NCBI GenBank assembly: GCA_976551045.1 | Contig: CDPCPM010000010.1 | Location: 1,488,001-1,552,000, forward strand | DNA: 64,000 nucleotides | Source: Glaucostegus cemiculus | Lineage: Eukaryota | Reading direction: 5' to 3' | Part shown: in pieces, positions 63,982 through 64,000 of the stretch | Position numbering within the stretch: position 1 is the first letter of the stretch | Layout: each line of letters starts with the position of its first letter | Program-made: the position numbers and the translations under genes | The notes under the pieces: model-generated | What the model saw: only the letters and a program-made list of their open reading frames with translations | Told to the model about the DNA's origin: nothing | Database searches by the model: none

Positions 63982-64000
63982 AACCATTGATTTCATTTCT

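Overview
Eukaryotic, AT-rich vertebrate genomic DNA. The repeat content (V-SINEs of the HE1 type, abundant CR1, Rex1/Babar and Penelope relics) suggests a cartilaginous fish; this is inference. The minus strand carries the complete coding sequence of CREBRF (Luman/CREB3 recruitment factor, a bZIP protein). Eight coding exons between 21552 and 728 have GT-AG boundaries with matching phases and give 632 aa. A CpG-island promoter at about 39.5-40.6 kb contains two candidate first exons. Upstream on the same strand lies the 3' end of ATP6V0E1 (last coding exon 49014-49140 plus a probable 3'UTR exon), the same gene order as in mammals. The rest is intronic or intergenic and full of transposable elements: young and old CR1 LINEs, Rex1/Babar LINEs, a full-length frameshifted IR/DR Tc1, V-SINEs, a DeuSINE, and Penelope, L1/Tx1 and possible hAT fossils. 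The most unusual observations are: (1) a TG...CA element with 114-bp near-perfect inverted termini whose terminus recurs fused to a Gag-like coiled coil; (2) a duplicated ~140-bp segment bracketing the promoter, one copy of which has expanded into a G-rich minisatellite; (3) upstream and overlapping uORFs in the CREBRF leader; (4) V-SINEs with two different LINE-derived tails; (5) a 1.6-kb foldback just upstream of the promoter. I found no evidence of a novel protein-coding system.
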